32,000 nucleotides of DNA from Serratia symbiotica (GTDB lineage: Bacteria; Pseudomonadota; Gammaproteobacteria; Enterobacterales; Enterobacteriaceae): positions 96,314-128,313 of the forward strand of contig CAXKXX010000002.1 of assembly GCA_964059975.1 (NCBI GenBank). The letters run 5' to 3'. Shown in pieces: positions 20,077-31,201 of the stretch. The translations under genes were made by a program, and so were the position numbers. A model generated the notes under the pieces. The model saw nothing but the letters and a program-made list of their open reading frames with translations. It was not told the DNA's origin and made no database searches. Positions within the stretch are counted from its first letter, which is position 1. Each line of letters starts with the position of its first letter.

Positions 20077-20403
20077 TTACAACTTGGTATCTAGTAAATC
20101 TTTAATTTGACTTTTTGACAAGGCTCCAGTCTTAGTCACCACGAGCCTGCCGTTATTGAATAGCAGCAATGCAGGGATGCTGCGGATGCCATACTTGGGA
20201 GGGGTGCTTGAGTTCTGATCAATATTAAGCTTAGCAATAATTAGCTTTCCAAAATATTCTTCAGCAAGCTCATCTAAAATTGGAGCGATCATCTTACACG
20301 GTCCACACCATTCGGCCCAGAAATCAACTAATACCGTCCCTTCGGCTTTTAGTACACTGCTTTCAAAACTGTCGTCAGTCAAGCAAATAATTTTATTACT
20401 CAT
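20077..20403 (-). CDS. trxA: thioredoxin 1
   Basis: 108 aa with the WCGPC active site, collinear with E. coli TrxA. A GGAG Shine-Dalgarno lies 8 nt upstream of the ATG. It sits directly upstream of rho as in E. coli. Confidence 0.97.
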   Translation of the reverse strand: MSNKIICLTDDSFESSVLKAEGTVLVDFWAEWCGPCKMIAPILDELAEEYFGKLIIAKLNIDQNSSTPPKYGIRSIPALLLFNNGRLVVTKTGALSKSQIKDLLDTKL

Positions 20404-20541
20404 ATTTTACTCCGGAAGATTAGCTATAATACTTTTTTAGTGTAACATTAACTCGGTCGAGGTGAACTAGTTTCGATATGCTTATTTCGAGGAGGGGGTA
20501 TATTTTAGTATACGACTAACTAGCTAATATTTTAATATCTT

Positions 20542-21033
20542 ATGAAAAAAATGATAGACCGAATAGAGATCTTTTACTTTCAGTCGCATCTACTGCTCCA
20601 TACAATAACTTATAAAAATTTCATTATAGTAAACTCGTCTAGGTATGAATAGTGACCTATTAGTCTGAGGACTCCTCTTTGTAAGACTAAAAATGCTCAT
20701 CTTAACCAGACCGAACCTCTTTAATCCCAATATTTTATCAATTTTTCTCATTGAGATAGCTAGTACACGATGAGAGTCCGAACCAGAAAGGTGTGCTAGT
20801 TAATAGTAAATACTAGTTTAATCTGTGCTAATGGCGATTATATTAAACACCTAAAAGGTAATATAAAACGCCGTATTTATTCTACATCTACTAGGCCTGA
20901 TTGCTAAATTGACTGTATCAAAGATAATTAATTTAATCTAGAAGGAGGTAGATTTTCGTACCTAAACGAGCTTGATGCACATAGAGTCCGCGTTCTATTA
21001 AAACTTCTTTAGCTGCTCTAGAATGCGCCCAGA
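20542..21033 (+). pseudogene. rhlB: fossil of DEAD-box RNA helicase rhlB (5' part), divergent from trxA
   Basis: An ATG at 20542, 138 nt from the trxA start on the opposite strand, opens MKKMIDRIEIFYFQSHLLLHTITYKNFIIVNSSRYE*. E. coli RhlB begins [36 protein letters not shown], so F11, F13/14, H16/17, K.F and N31 are collinear. In the same frame, QT (20707) falls at codon 56, against Q54-T55 of the AQTGTGKT Walker A. A.R at 21025 falls in frame near the DEAD box position. Multiple stops are present. Confidence 0.35.
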
Positions 21034-21294
21034 ACTAAGATATACTAGCTGGAATGCTTTTTTGTTGTAGTAAAGACAGAATGCACAATGAGCCTCTAAA
21101 TTCAAGAAAGATATCTCGTGCCTCTCCTACGAAAAAATTAGCCTCTTTCATGGAGATAAAAATCGGAGCAGATAGACTATCTGCCGTCATTTTACCAATA
21201 CTAAATCATAGCATTATTAACAATGAATCATAGTAGGGATTTTTAACTAACATACAGGAACTTCTATAACCTGCCATCCCCACACTGCATCAAG

Positions 21295-21333
21295 CACCTA
21301 TGACTCCTATCTCACAGATAGGAGTCATAGGTG
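21295..21333. repeat. perfect hairpin palindrome, 18-bp arms with 3-nt loop
   Basis: CACCTATGACTCCTATCT-cac-AGATAGGAGTCATAGGTG, verified base by base. The flanking g21294/g21334 do not pair. Confidence 0.95.
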
Positions 21334-22002
21334 GTCTGAATTACATTAATTCGGTTTGAAAGATACCAGGAGTTAGCACCTTTAAATCTAAATTTAAATC
21401 AAGCTCAAAAAATTTTAAGAAATAGTTCGAGTGGCGTTACTCATATCTGATATAAGCATAAGATGAATAAAAGCAGAAATAATTAAAGCTATTCTTAGAG
21501 GATTTAATGGCATACTTATATGCCTATTCTAAAAATGCTTGACTTTTAAATAGATAGATTTATGGGAGAGCTAGTCGCTCAATGAGTCCAGAAAATTTAT
21601 TATTTTGCTTTTCTCTGACTGGGAGAAAGTCGTAATATAAAGCGGTTTTACTAAAGTTAGAAAATCTGTGTCGGAGACGAATTATAGCAGCATTATACGT
21701 TCTTCGTTATTTATTATGGTAGCCTCTAAGATTTCAGTCTAGGATCTAAGTAATAAGAGGACCTCATATTGAACGCATGAGACCGCATTAAGCAAAGCAA
21801 CGCAATACTAAGTACATTACATTGTATATTACATTCTAGTTTTTATACATCTCCCTCCTATGCCTTTTCCTCTTTCCGTCATACGCTACAATATAAAAAT
21901 AATTATTATGCCAAATTTATTAGTGAGGATTTCCGACTAAGCAAATCCGACCTGTATCCGATAAAGGGCGGCCTTTGTAATTGACACACGGTACGCGTTG
22001 AT

Positions 22003-22020
22003 ATCTTAAGGATCTTAAGG
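22003..22020. repeat. 9-bp perfect tandem duplication (ATCTTAAGG x2)
   Basis: 22003-22011 equals 22012-22020. Confidence 0.8.
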
Positions 22021-22441
22021 AAAGTCACTAAAATTAGCATTTGTTGCAGTTTTTTACGATATAGGGTACTGGGATCTTCTTGATAAATTAATTAAAAATT
22101 AGATTAAATTTTAAATTATAGCAGAAGAAAACGAACGTATCATAAAAGGGTTATCATATGATCCCACCTGTAGTTTATATTTATAATTTATATTATAGAA
22201 TATTTCTAGTTTAAAATATTCGAGAAATTCGGCAATGGAACCCGAGGAGAAAGCTCGTTACTTAGCATCAGACACATAGTAGCAGGCATGCTTTTTAATG
22301 TTAATACGCGTGAATTCGGCGGGGGTGCGATATTCGTAGCACTTGGATAAGATTAATTGACTGACTAATACTAACTCTTAACTCATAAATAAGTATGACT
22401 AATATTATTTATGATAGTTATTAATGGTAAACACTATGCGA

Positions 22442-24019
22442 TCACTCCCACTCAATAGTAGCTGGGGGCTTACTACTTATGTCGTACACTACACGAGCAA
22501 TGCCGCTAATTTCATTGATAATTCGGTTAGAGACGTGGCCGAGAAAGTCACAGGGTAGATGTGCCCAATGGGCAGTCATAAAGTCAACAGTTTCTACTGC
22601 ACGTAATGAAACTATCCAGCCATATTTACGATCATCTCCCATTACGCCTACTGAGCGTAAGGGTAAGAATACAGTGAAGGCCTGGCTAACTTTGTTATAC
22701 AAGTTAGATTTCTGAAGCTCTTCAATAAAAATCGCATCAGCTAGACGAAGTAGATCACAGTACTCTTTCTTCACTTCACCAAGTACGCGCACACTTAGAC
22801 CGGGACCGGGGAAGGGGTGCCGATATAGCATATCATAGTGAAGCCCTAATGCTAGGCCAATTTTACGCACCTCATCTTTAAATAATTTTTTCAGTGGCTC
22901 TATTAGTCTTAGCTTGATCTCCTTCGGAAGCCCTCCGACGTTGTGGTGCGACTTAATAACATGTGCTTTACCAGTACCGGAGGCCGCGGATTCGATTACA
23001 TCAGGATAAATAGTACCCTGAGCCAGCCATTTAATATCAGTTCTTTTAGCAGCCTCTTCATCGAAGACTTCCATAAAGACTCGTCCAATTATTTTGCGTT
23101 TACTTTCTGGTTCATCGACACCTTCTAATTCTTTTAGGAAGCGATTCTCAGCATCTACATGAATAATATTTAATTCAAAATGATTACTAAACATCCCCAG
23201 AACCTGATTAGCCTCATTTAGACGTAGCAAGCCGTTGTCGACAAACAAGCAAGTGAGCTGTGTTCCTATAGCGCGGCGCAGTAGTAACGCAGTTACAGAA
23301 GAGTCGACACCTCCGGATAGGGCGAGCATCACACGATCTTTACCCACTCGTCTACGGATACGTTTAATAGTATCATCAATTATAGCAGGTGAGTTCCATA
23401 AGTTTTTACACTGACAGATATCTAAGAAAAAACGTTCTAGCATGTTTTTCCCCTGACTGGTATGGGTCACCTCCGGATGAAACTGAACACCGTAAAGACG
23501 TTTTTCTTCGTTTGCTATAATAGCAAAAGGACAGTTTTCTGTGCTTCCGACAGTGACAAAATCAGGCGGGAGAATAGTAACTTTATCGCTATGACTCATC
23601 CATACGTCTAGTAGCTGTTTGTCTAAAGCGCTACTCGTATCTTCAGTTTTACATAACAACTTACATTTATGAGTAATTTCTACCTGCGCGTAACCGAATT
23701 CACGTTCTCTGGCAACCTGAACATTACCCCCTAACTGAATTACCATGGTTTGCATACCGTAGCATATACCTAAAACGGGAACTCCGAAATCAAAAACATA
23801 GGAGGGGGCGCGGGGGCTATGCTCTTCGGAAGCGTTTTCTGGTCCTCCAGATAAGATGATGCCTCTGGGATTAAATGTTCGAATCTGTTCTTCGTTGATA
23901 TCCCAATCCCAGAGCTCGCAGTAAACTCCGATTTCTCGTCCGCGCCGAGCGATCAGTTGGCTATATTGTGAACCGAAATCTATAATAAGAATGCGATGCT
24001 TATAGATATTTTTTTTCAT
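22442..24019 (-). CDS. guaA: GMP synthase (glutamine-hydrolysing) GuaA
   Basis: Collinear with E. coli GuaA: GATase Cys in GICYGMQ, QFHPEV, the ATP-PPase motif SGGVDSS, and a C-terminal PPATIEWE. The ORF track starts at a TTG (24040). The ATG at 24019 ([12 protein letters not shown]..) gives 525 aa, the E. coli length, and is the more likely start. Confidence 0.95.
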   Translation of the reverse strand: MKKNIYKHRILIIDFGSQYSQLIARRGREIGVYCELWDWDINEEQIRTFNPRGIILSGGPENASEEHSPRAPSYVFDFGVPVLGICYGMQTMVIQLGGNVQVAREREFGYAQVEITHKCKLLCKTEDTSSALDKQLLDVWMSHSDKVTILPPDFVTVGSTENCPFAIIANEEKRLYGVQFHPEVTHTSQGKNMLERFFLDICQCKNLWNSPAIIDDTIKRIRRRVGKDRVMLALSGGVDSSVTALLLRRAIGTQLTCLFVDNGLLRLNEANQVLGMFSNHFELNIIHVDAENRFLKELEGVDEPESKRKIIGRVFMEVFDEEAAKRTDIKWLAQGTIYPDVIESAASGTGKAHVIKSHHNVGGLPKEIKLRLIEPLKKLFKDEVRKIGLALGLHYDMLYRHPFPGPGLSVRVLGEVKKEYCDLLRLADAIFIEELQKSNLYNKVSQAFTVFLPLRSVGVMGDDRKYGWIVSLRAVETVDFMTAHWAHLPCDFLGHVSNRIINEISGIARVVYDISSKPPATIEWE

Positions 24020-24078
24020 TAAAGAAAATTCCACTAACAAAAAATTAAAGAAAAATCAGCCTCGTAATAAACATTAGA

Positions 24079-25548
24079 TTACAGTTTACCAACGAGGTAA
24101 TTCGGTGACTCTTTCGTAATAGTCACATCATGTACGTGACTTTCCCGAATACCAGCGCTACTAATACGCACAAACTTTGCTTTTATCCGCATTTCGTCGA
24201 TAGTCGCACAAGCAGTCAATCCCATGGACGAACGTAGTCCCCCCATTTGTTGATGCACGACAGTCTTCAGTGGACCTTTATACGCCACACGGCCTTCTAT
24301 ACCCTCTGGAACCATCTTATCTGCAGACAGATCAGCCTGGAAGTAGCGTTCACAGGATCCCCTCGGCATCGCACCGAGCGATCCCATGCCACGATAGGAT
24401 TTGAATTCACGTCCTTGATACGACTCAATTTCACCAGGGGCTTCTTCGGTTCCTGCCAGCATAGAGCCGACCATCACGCAAGAAGCGCCAGCCGCAATGG
24501 CTTTAGCGATGTCGCCAGAAAAGCGAATTCCGCCATCAGCGATAACTGGGATACCGGTTCCTTCTAGCCCCTCGACTACATCCGCGATAGCAGTAATCTG
24601 TGGCACGCCTACTCCAGTGACTATCCGGGTGGTGCAGATAGAGCCTGGACCAATTCCTACTTTCACCGCATTTACTCCCGCTTTAACTAAGGCTTGAGCA
24701 CCGTCCGCAGTCGCAACATTGCCCCCAATAATTGGCAACTCTGGATATTTAGAGCGGTTTATGCGAATACTTTGGAGCACACCTTCGGAGTGGCCATGCG
24801 AGGAGTCAATCAGCAGCACATCAACGCCTGCAGTAACCAGCGCAGCAATGCGTTGTTCGCTATCAACTCCTGAACTAACTGCTGCCCCTACACGCAAGTG
24901 GCCCCGCTGATCTTTACAAGCATTAGGTTTTCTTTCTATTTTCTGGAAAGATTTAATGGTAATCATGCCTATTAAAAAGAAACTGTCATCGACAATTAGG
25001 GCTTTTTCAACGCGCTTTTCATGCATTAACTGTAGCGCGGTTTCGTGTGACTGCCCTTCTTTCACTGTGACAAGACGTGATTTTGGTGTCATCACTGTGC
25101 TCACGGGCTGTTTTAAATCAGTCACAAATCGCACATCACGCTCTGTAATGATTCCAACTAGTTCATTATTTTCGGTAACAACCGGATAGCCAGAAAACCC
25201 ATTAGATCTAGTTAGTGCTTTAATTTCTTGCAAACTAGTTTCGGGGGTTACTGTTTTTAGGTCACTGACTAAGCCACTTTCATGATTTTTCACCCGGCGT
25301 ACTTCTGCAACCTGTCGTTCGATAGGCATATTTTTGTGAATAAAACCGAGACCACCTTCCTCTGCCAATGCTATGGCTAAGCTAGATTCAGTTACGGTAT
25401 CCATAGCAGCAGATAGCAAAGGGATATTGAGGTGGATATTTTTAGTTAGTTGGGTGCCTAGCTCTACAGTGTTGGGCAAAATTGTTGAATAGGCGGGAAT
25501 TAGGAGTACATCATCAAAAGTCAGCGCTTCTTTCGCAATACGTAGCAT
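24079..25548 (-). CDS. guaB: IMP dehydrogenase GuaB
   Basis: Collinear with E. coli GuaB: [16 protein letters not shown], catalytic Cys in [11 protein letters not shown], and tandem CBS domains. The ORF track starts at a TTG (25554). The ATG at 25548 matches the E. coli N-terminus. Confidence 0.95.
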   Translation of the reverse strand: MLRIAKEALTFDDVLLIPAYSTILPNTVELGTQLTKNIHLNIPLLSAAMDTVTESSLAIALAEEGGLGFIHKNMPIERQVAEVRRVKNHESGLVSDLKTVTPETSLQEIKALTRSNGFSGYPVVTENNELVGIITERDVRFVTDLKQPVSTVMTPKSRLVTVKEGQSHETALQLMHEKRVEKALIVDDSFFLIGMITIKSFQKIERKPNACKDQRGHLRVGAAVSSGVDSEQRIAALVTAGVDVLLIDSSHGHSEGVLQSIRINRSKYPELPIIGGNVATADGAQALVKAGVNAVKVGIGPGSICTTRIVTGVGVPQITAIADVVEGLEGTGIPVIADGGIRFSGDIAKAIAAGASCVMVGSMLAGTEEAPGEIESYQGREFKSYRGMGSLGAMPRGSCERYFQADLSADKMVPEGIEGRVAYKGPLKTVVHQQMGGLRSSMGLTACATIDEMRIKAKFVRISSAGIRESHVHDVTITKESPNYLVGKL

Positions 25549-25859
25549 GGGCAATATCTCGCCAGGGTAAGCTGTGGGAGGAATAAATATTGCATTAACA
25601 TCATACAGAGCGTACTCACTTGTCTCCAGTACTTTCTTGAAAAACCTTGATGACTTTTAGTAGTACTACCTCAGTATATGCCAATCGTTAGCCTGAGTGC
25701 ATGTTGTTTACAATCGGCCCGGTGCCAGCGGATCAATTGCGTACGTAGCAGTAATAGATGAAAATATAGTGATTGACTGTTATCCAGTTTAATATTAAGC
25801 GTAGACTTTCTAAATTTTTTATAGTTTGTAGCTATACCAAATCTAAATCTAAGACTAAT

Positions 25860-26131
25860 GTATTAAAAGCGATTATTATTTAGAATATAACTATATCGGG
25901 AAGAAGGCCATATAAAATGGGCTATGCTTAAATAGAATCATTTATTCTTAACCTTGGTTTACCACTAACGCTTCTGGAAAAAGATACTTGTGTAGCATAC
26001 GATCTATTAATGCTAGATATCATGCGATACTTTTCATTTATATAACCGAAAAAATTAGTTTTTTTAGAATTAATTATCAGTACAGTTACTATTTTGCTCT
26101 GGGGGGCGATAAAACCTTGTATGTGCAATGA
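25860..26131 (+). pseudogene. xseA: fossil of xseA (exodeoxyribonuclease VII large subunit) N-terminal OB-fold region; the rest of the gene is deleted
   Basis: It is divergent from guaB, as xseA is in E. coli. Fragments read ..ITISGRR.. (vs WISGEIS) and PWFT / LLEKDTCV across a 1-nt frameshift (vs HWYFTLKDDTAQV). Further on, FRINYQYSYYFALGGDK matches VRANITLYEPRGDYQ, with the W-to-R/N/Y spacing conserved to within 1 codon. Only ~790 bp separate guaB from der, whereas xseA alone is ~1.4 kb in E. coli. Confidence 0.4.
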
Positions 26132-26342
26132 GGCGCCTTCTTAAATCTAAAGTCGGAAGTTAGTTGGGGTCCCCGATGTTTAATAGGTAAGTCGGGAGCT
26201 TGAGTTAAGATCGGGCCAGCGTTTTTAAACCTCACGATGCACTCGGATTATTTTTAGTCTAGGATTAATCCTCTGATTAATTATCTTTCAGATCCTACTA
26301 TAAAAAGTACGCCACGGTAGTTTCAATTCTGATTTATACTCA

Positions 26343-27827
26343 CTATTTTCTTTTAAGTCGTTGCATAGGGGACTTGACTACTTGAGAAGTACTTAGGTTT
26401 CGTTTGTACGAAAATAAATTTCTCGCCTCTTTGCATTGAATCTGAATCGGCGTTCCTGTGGTTTTTAGAAAACGCCGTAAATAGCTTATCAGATAACGTT
26501 TGTATGAATCAGATAAATGACTTACATAACTGCCGTGGATCACAACAATTGGTGGATTATACCCACCGGCATGAGCATACTTCAGCTTTACGCGACGTCC
26601 GCAAACCAGGGCGGGCCGGTGATCGGTAGCGGCCATTTTCAAGATCTTGGTGAGTAACGAGGCATGCATGCGGTGTGTTGCAGAGCGATGGGCTTCTAGA
26701 GCTGACGAAAAGAGACCGTCTATTCCTCTACCATGTAGAGCGGAGATAAAATGTATACGAACGAAATTAATAAAGCTCAGACGAAGATGAAGCATTTCCT
26801 TTATATTTATGCGTTCTGTCTCGCTTATTTGATCCCATTTATTTACCACAATTACTAATGGGCGGCCATTATTGAGAATCAAACTAAGTAGCGAAAGATC
26901 CTGATCAGAAACTCCTATGCATGCATCGATGATCAGTAATACTACGTTAGCCTCTTCAATTGACTGAAGTGTTTTAATTACCGATAACTTCTCTACTGTT
27001 TGCGTTACTTTGCCTCTCTTACGTACTCCAGCGGTATCAACGAGTATGTATTGGCGCTCATCACGTATCATTGGGATATAGATGCTATCTCGGGTGGTGC
27101 CAGGCTCATCGTATACTACGATCCGTTCTTCGCCAAGTATTCGGTTGATTAACGTGGATTTACCCACATTAGGGCTCCCGACAATTGTTAGCTTGATTGG
27201 TAGGTCTTTAGTAATTAAGCTATCTTCTGATTCGTGATAATGTGGCCTCTTAATATTTGCAGTATTTTTTTTGTCCCAATAAGTAGTGTTAGTTGCTGCT
27301 GCGCATAGCTTAACTTCTTGCTCTTGCTTAGAAAGCAATGGGATTAATGCATGATCGATGAGTTGTCTGATACCTCTTCCACTTGAGGCCGCTATCGGAT
27401 ACGGTTGGCCCAGGCCTAGCGCATAAAAGTCAGTAGTGGCTGAATAAGGATTTAACCCATCAATCTTGTTAATCACCAAAACAATGACCTTCGTACGCTT
27501 TCGTAGATTACGGGCGATATCCTGATCGGCAGACATTAGTCCAGATCGCGCATCAACTATAAAAAGTACGATATCAGCTTCCCCAATCGCTACTAACATC
27601 TGGCGCGCTATGTGCATCTCTATGCCGCTTCCTGAATGACCCTCAATACCTCCAGTATCGACGACGATAAATTTATTTCCTGCAATTGCAGCACGTCCAT
27701 ACTTTCGATCTCGTGTTAATCCTGGAAAGTTTGCTACTAACGCATCCCGCGTTTTCGTCAAACAATTAAATAAGGTGGATTTACCCACATTCGGACGACC
27801 AACGAGCGTGACTACAGGTATCATCAT
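26343..27827 (-). CDS. der: ribosome-associated GTPase Der (EngA)
   Basis: 494 aa with two GTPase domains (GRPNVGKST and GSPNVGKST; DTGG/DTAG; NKID/NKWD) and a KH-like C-terminus ([19 protein letters not shown]), collinear with E. coli Der. Confidence 0.96.
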   Translation of the reverse strand: MMIPVVTLVGRPNVGKSTLFNCLTKTRDALVANFPGLTRDRKYGRAAIAGNKFIVVDTGGIEGHSGSGIEMHIARQMLVAIGEADIVLFIVDARSGLMSADQDIARNLRKRTKVIVLVINKIDGLNPYSATTDFYALGLGQPYPIAASSGRGIRQLIDHALIPLLSKQEQEVKLCAAATNTTYWDKKNTANIKRPHYHESEDSLITKDLPIKLTIVGSPNVGKSTLINRILGEERIVVYDEPGTTRDSIYIPMIRDERQYILVDTAGVRKRGKVTQTVEKLSVIKTLQSIEEANVVLLIIDACIGVSDQDLSLLSLILNNGRPLVIVVNKWDQISETERINIKEMLHLRLSFINFVRIHFISALHGRGIDGLFSSALEAHRSATHRMHASLLTKILKMAATDHRPALVCGRRVKLKYAHAGGYNPPIVVIHGSYVSHLSDSYKRYLISYLRRFLKTTGTPIQIQCKEARNLFSYKRNLSTSQVVKSPMQRLKRK

Positions 27828-27957
27828 TTAATCCTTATTACATTTCAGTGATCAGTGCTGCTTCTATACTTAGAAAGTATGCGGACACTATGAGCGATAT
27901 TTGAGTTTTCTTAAGAAAAATCTGTTTTAGTGCCCAATATTAAGGCTATTAGTATTA

Positions 27958-29139
27958 TCAGGTAAAAGTATGGACTTGTCCGCTCCGAGCCTGAATAACT
28001 AGCCTATCACCTGCTACTAACGGCGCAGATAAAAATCCCGAGCTATCTACTGAGTGCTGGGCGGAAAAATAACCATCAGTAGCGTTAATCCAGTTTAGAT
28101 AGCCTGCCGCATCAGCAGCTACCAGATAACCATTAAACATAACCGGTGCTGTCAATTTTCGGTGTAATAGATGGCTTTGTGTCCACACCGTCACTCCGTC
28201 CGACGCCCTCAGAGCTATCAAGTAATCATTTTTATCGATTATATAAATACGACCTGCACTAACGATGAAGTCGTTTACTGATCCCAGCTCGCGTTTCCAT
28301 ATAATTTCTCCGGATCGGAGATCTAGGGCGGCTAGATTGTTATTGTAGGCTAATGCATAAACAATTCCCTGAGTGATCATAGGAGCGGCATCTATATCAT
28401 TTAGCTGATCGATATCTGTTGTATAATCTGAACGGGCAATCCGCTGTTTCCAAATCAATTGACCTTTTTGCATTGAAATAGCGCTGACGTAGCCATTATC
28501 GCTACCGACTATGGCTGCCCCAAAAGCGACGGCGGGTGCAGATTCACCGCGCAACGACATCGAGGACATGTCTAGATTAAATGTCCATTGAACTACGCCA
28601 TCAGATTCGTTGAGCGCCTGAAGTCTCCCGTTGGAGGTGTGAATTAAAACCATGCCATTACTGATTACAGGAGTAGATAAAGCTTCACCAGCAACGGTAG
28701 TTTGCCAAATTAGTCTTCCATCATGAATATTTAGCGCGTAAACTAACGCTTTTTCACTACCTACATAAATTTTTTCTCCTGATACTGTTAGCCCTCCAGA
28801 TAGTAAAGCGGATAAGGATTTAAGATGGGGTGCTCGATTCTCTGAAAGATCTACTGACCATTGTTCGCTGCCGTTTTGGGCGTTAAGCGACTTCACTATA
28901 CCGTGACGATCAGCAGTGAAAATGTTACTTTTGTGAAATGCCGGATGTAAGTGGGAGTAAAATGCCCCTGTTCCTTCACCTGAGGAAGCACTCCATATTT
29001 TATTGATTTTAAATTGTTTTTTAATTTTTTGTAATGGAATTTGGCCTGTCACTATGATTTCTTTAGCATTAAATAGCGCGCAGCTATTCAGAAAAAGGGC
29101 GGAAGTTAACCCAACGCAAAGAGTTTTTAGTAACTGCAT
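27958..29139 (-). CDS. bamB: outer-membrane protein assembly factor BamB (lipoprotein, beta-propeller)
   Basis: 393 aa with lipobox LNSC, collinear with E. coli BamB (LSGGLTVSGEKIYVGSEKA, LRGESAP, ELGSVNDFIV). Confidence 0.93.
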   Translation of the reverse strand: MQLLKTLCVGLTSALFLNSCALFNAKEIIVTGQIPLQKIKKQFKINKIWSASSGEGTGAFYSHLHPAFHKSNIFTADRHGIVKSLNAQNGSEQWSVDLSENRAPHLKSLSALLSGGLTVSGEKIYVGSEKALVYALNIHDGRLIWQTTVAGEALSTPVISNGMVLIHTSNGRLQALNESDGVVQWTFNLDMSSMSLRGESAPAVAFGAAIVGSDNGYVSAISMQKGQLIWKQRIARSDYTTDIDQLNDIDAAPMITQGIVYALAYNNNLAALDLRSGEIIWKRELGSVNDFIVSAGRIYIIDKNDYLIALRASDGVTVWTQSHLLHRKLTAPVMFNGYLVAADAAGYLNWINATDGYFSAQHSVDSSGFLSAPLVAGDRLVIQARSGQVHTFT

Positions 29140-29150
29140 GAGGGCATTCC

Positions 29151-29771
29151 TTAGTCAGATAAATTATTTAGCTTTATTCGCAATAATACCTGAAGCGCCT
29201 GAGAGGTATCAGAGTTAAGGCTTTTATTGTAAGCTGCGCGTGCATTTTTGATATCGCCTTTATCTAAAAATATATCGCCATACGTGCATTGAACTACTGC
29301 CGTCCAACCTTCGCCTTGTATCGCATCTAACGTTTTGAGTGCGTCATCCCACTTTTTTCCCTGTAGCTGGACACGCGCCAACCGTAGATTAATCTCCGAG
29401 AGGAGATTAACGTCTTTACTTTGAGTTTGAGCTCGAATTAGTTGCTGTTCAGCTTTAGTAAAGTCATTGTGTTCAACAAAGTATTTAGCCAATTGGAGTG
29501 CTCCTAGCACTCCATAGATATTACTGTTAAGTTGAATAAATGCCTCGGCTACAGTCACATCATCTAGATGAGCAGTCGCAAAACGCTTACTGATTTCTTG
29601 ATAAGATTGAGATATCGTCGTTAGATCGACACTGTGATAATTTTTCCAGTAAAACCAACTAGATAAGGTAGCAATAAAGAGTATTGCTCCCGCTGATAGC
29701 TCTTTGTAATTTTCTTTAAAAAACCGACGTAAAATATCGGCTTTTTTATTTTTATGAATATTGACTTCCAT
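29151..29771 (-). CDS. yfgM: YfgM-family membrane-anchored TPR-like protein (ancillary SecYEG/periplasmic chaperone network factor)
   Basis: 206 aa, the same length as E. coli YfgM. It has an N-terminal TM helix and conserved INLRLARVQLQ and GEGW motifs. It sits between hisS and bamB as in E. coli. Confidence 0.85.
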   Translation of the reverse strand: MEVNIHKNKKADILRRFFKENYKELSAGAILFIATLSSWFYWKNYHSVDLTTISQSYQEISKRFATAHLDDVTVAEAFIQLNSNIYGVLGALQLAKYFVEHNDFTKAEQQLIRAQTQSKDVNLLSEINLRLARVQLQGKKWDDALKTLDAIQGEGWTAVVQCTYGDIFLDKGDIKNARAAYNKSLNSDTSQALQVLLRIKLNNLSD

Positions 29772-29784
29772 TCTGGCTTCTTTC

Positions 29785-31059
29785 TTAAGTTAATATTTGC
29801 GCTAATCGTTCAGCGACCTCACTTTGCATTAGAGTTTCTTGCTCACCACTACATAGGTTTTTTAGTATCACTTCTTTTCTCGCCACTTCGTCCTCCCCTA
29901 AAATCAGGACGACGCGTGCGCCTCTTTTATCCGCATGTGCTATCTGCTTTTTGAAGCTTCCGCCTCCGTGATGTGTCATCAGTCTTATCGTTGGTAACGC
30001 ATCACGTATTAATTCTGCTAATTCTATTGCAGCACCATGTGAAGCTATACCACAAGAAATTATATATGCGTCAATAACCGGAAGTGTAGTGAGGTTGGGG
30101 TTTAGTGATTTTAAAAGGAGAACTATACGCTCTAAACCCATAGCAAAGCCTACTGCGGGCACTGCGCGCCCTCCTAACTGTTCAACAAGGTTATCGTAAC
30201 GTCCTCCAGCGCACACCGCACCCTGTGCGCCCAAACAAGTAGTCACCCATTCAAAAACTGTGCAGTTGTAGTAGTCTAAGCCGCGCACGAGGCGTTCATT
30301 GATAGTGTATGAGATGCCGCTTTGTTCTAAAAGTTTACAGAGCCTACTAAATCGAGTTCGGGATTCTTCATTCAGATATTCGTAAAGGCGCGGCGCATTT
30401 TTTAGCAATGCTTGCATATCAGGATTCTTAGAGTCCAAAACCCGAAGAGGGTTTCGGTACATTCGGCGCCTGGAGTCTTCATCTAGAATACCTGCGTTCT
30501 GCTCCAGAAATCCGACTAAAGCATTGCGGTAATGGGAACGTATCTCCGGGGATCCAACAGAATTTAGTTCTAATGCGACATGCTCTGAAACTCCTAAAGC
30601 CCTCCAGCATCTGGCGGTAATCAGGATTAGCTCGGCATCAATATCCGGACCGTACAAACCGAATGCTTCTGCTCCTAATTGATGGAATTGGCGATATCGG
30701 CCTTTTTGCGGTCGCTCATAGCGGAACATGGGCCCCATATACCATAAGCGCTGCTCCTGATTATAGAGTAACCCGTTTTCGATACACGCACGAACGCAGC
30801 CGGCTGTGCCTTCTGGGCGTAGACTCAGGCTATCACCATTACGGTCATCAAAAGTATACATCTCTTTTTCTACAACATCAGTCACCTCACCAATCGCGCG
30901 CTTGAATAAAGGGGTGCGCTCTACGATTGGAAATCGTATTTCGTTATAGCTATAACCATGGAGGACGCGTTTAAGAATGCCTTCAATTCGCTGCCATAAT
31001 ACTATCTCTTTCGGTAGGTAGTCGGTCATACCGCGAATGACTTGAATGCTCTTTGTCAC
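29785..31059 (-). CDS. hisS: histidine--tRNA ligase
   Basis: 424 aa with a GTG start, collinear with E. coli HisS: IRGMTDYLP, class II motifs [12 protein letters not shown] and YRQFHQLG, and [13 protein letters not shown]. Confidence 0.96.
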   Translation of the reverse strand: MTKSIQVIRGMTDYLPKEIVLWQRIEGILKRVLHGYSYNEIRFPIVERTPLFKRAIGEVTDVVEKEMYTFDDRNGDSLSLRPEGTAGCVRACIENGLLYNQEQRLWYMGPMFRYERPQKGRYRQFHQLGAEAFGLYGPDIDAELILITARCWRALGVSEHVALELNSVGSPEIRSHYRNALVGFLEQNAGILDEDSRRRMYRNPLRVLDSKNPDMQALLKNAPRLYEYLNEESRTRFSRLCKLLEQSGISYTINERLVRGLDYYNCTVFEWVTTCLGAQGAVCAGGRYDNLVEQLGGRAVPAVGFAMGLERIVLLLKSLNPNLTTLPVIDAYIISCGIASHGAAIELAELIRDALPTIRLMTHHGGGSFKKQIAHADKRGARVVLILGEDEVARKEVILKNLCSGEQETLMQSEVAERLAQILT

Positions 31060-31201
31060 AGATTTTCTCTATTGGTTGTATGAAAAATAAGCTTCATTAT
31101 AAAAGTTTTTCCGTATTTTATTTAACTTAGGTTCGGCTCTCTATCTCTAGGTCATAAGAAGGCGTGGAAGGAAAGGCGCTATTTTAATAAAGTCTGATAT
31201 T

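Noticed and set aside
22479-25189. ORFs 22479-22715, 22943-23128, 24247-24567, 24497-24697, 24719-24910 and 24956-25189 (+), antisense to guaA/guaB
   Set aside because: They are shadow ORFs within strongly supported CDS and show no independent signals.
25780-25788. TTATCCAGT upstream of guaB, considered as a DnaA box (the E. coli gua promoter is DnaA-regulated)
   Set aside because: It matches TTATNCACA at only 7/9 positions and lies ~230 nt upstream of the guaB ATG. This is not enough to call.
25928-26128. 66-aa ORF (-) between guaB and der
   Set aside because: It lies antisense to the xseA fossil in decayed DNA, with no motifs or RBS.
31096-31101. Perfect TATAAT (minus strand) 37 nt upstream of the hisS GTG, considered as a hisS promoter
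   Set aside because: The candidate -35 is weak (TTAAAT/TAAATA). In DNA this AT-rich a TATAAT hexamer is expected by chance, and hisS may be co-transcribed with ispG.
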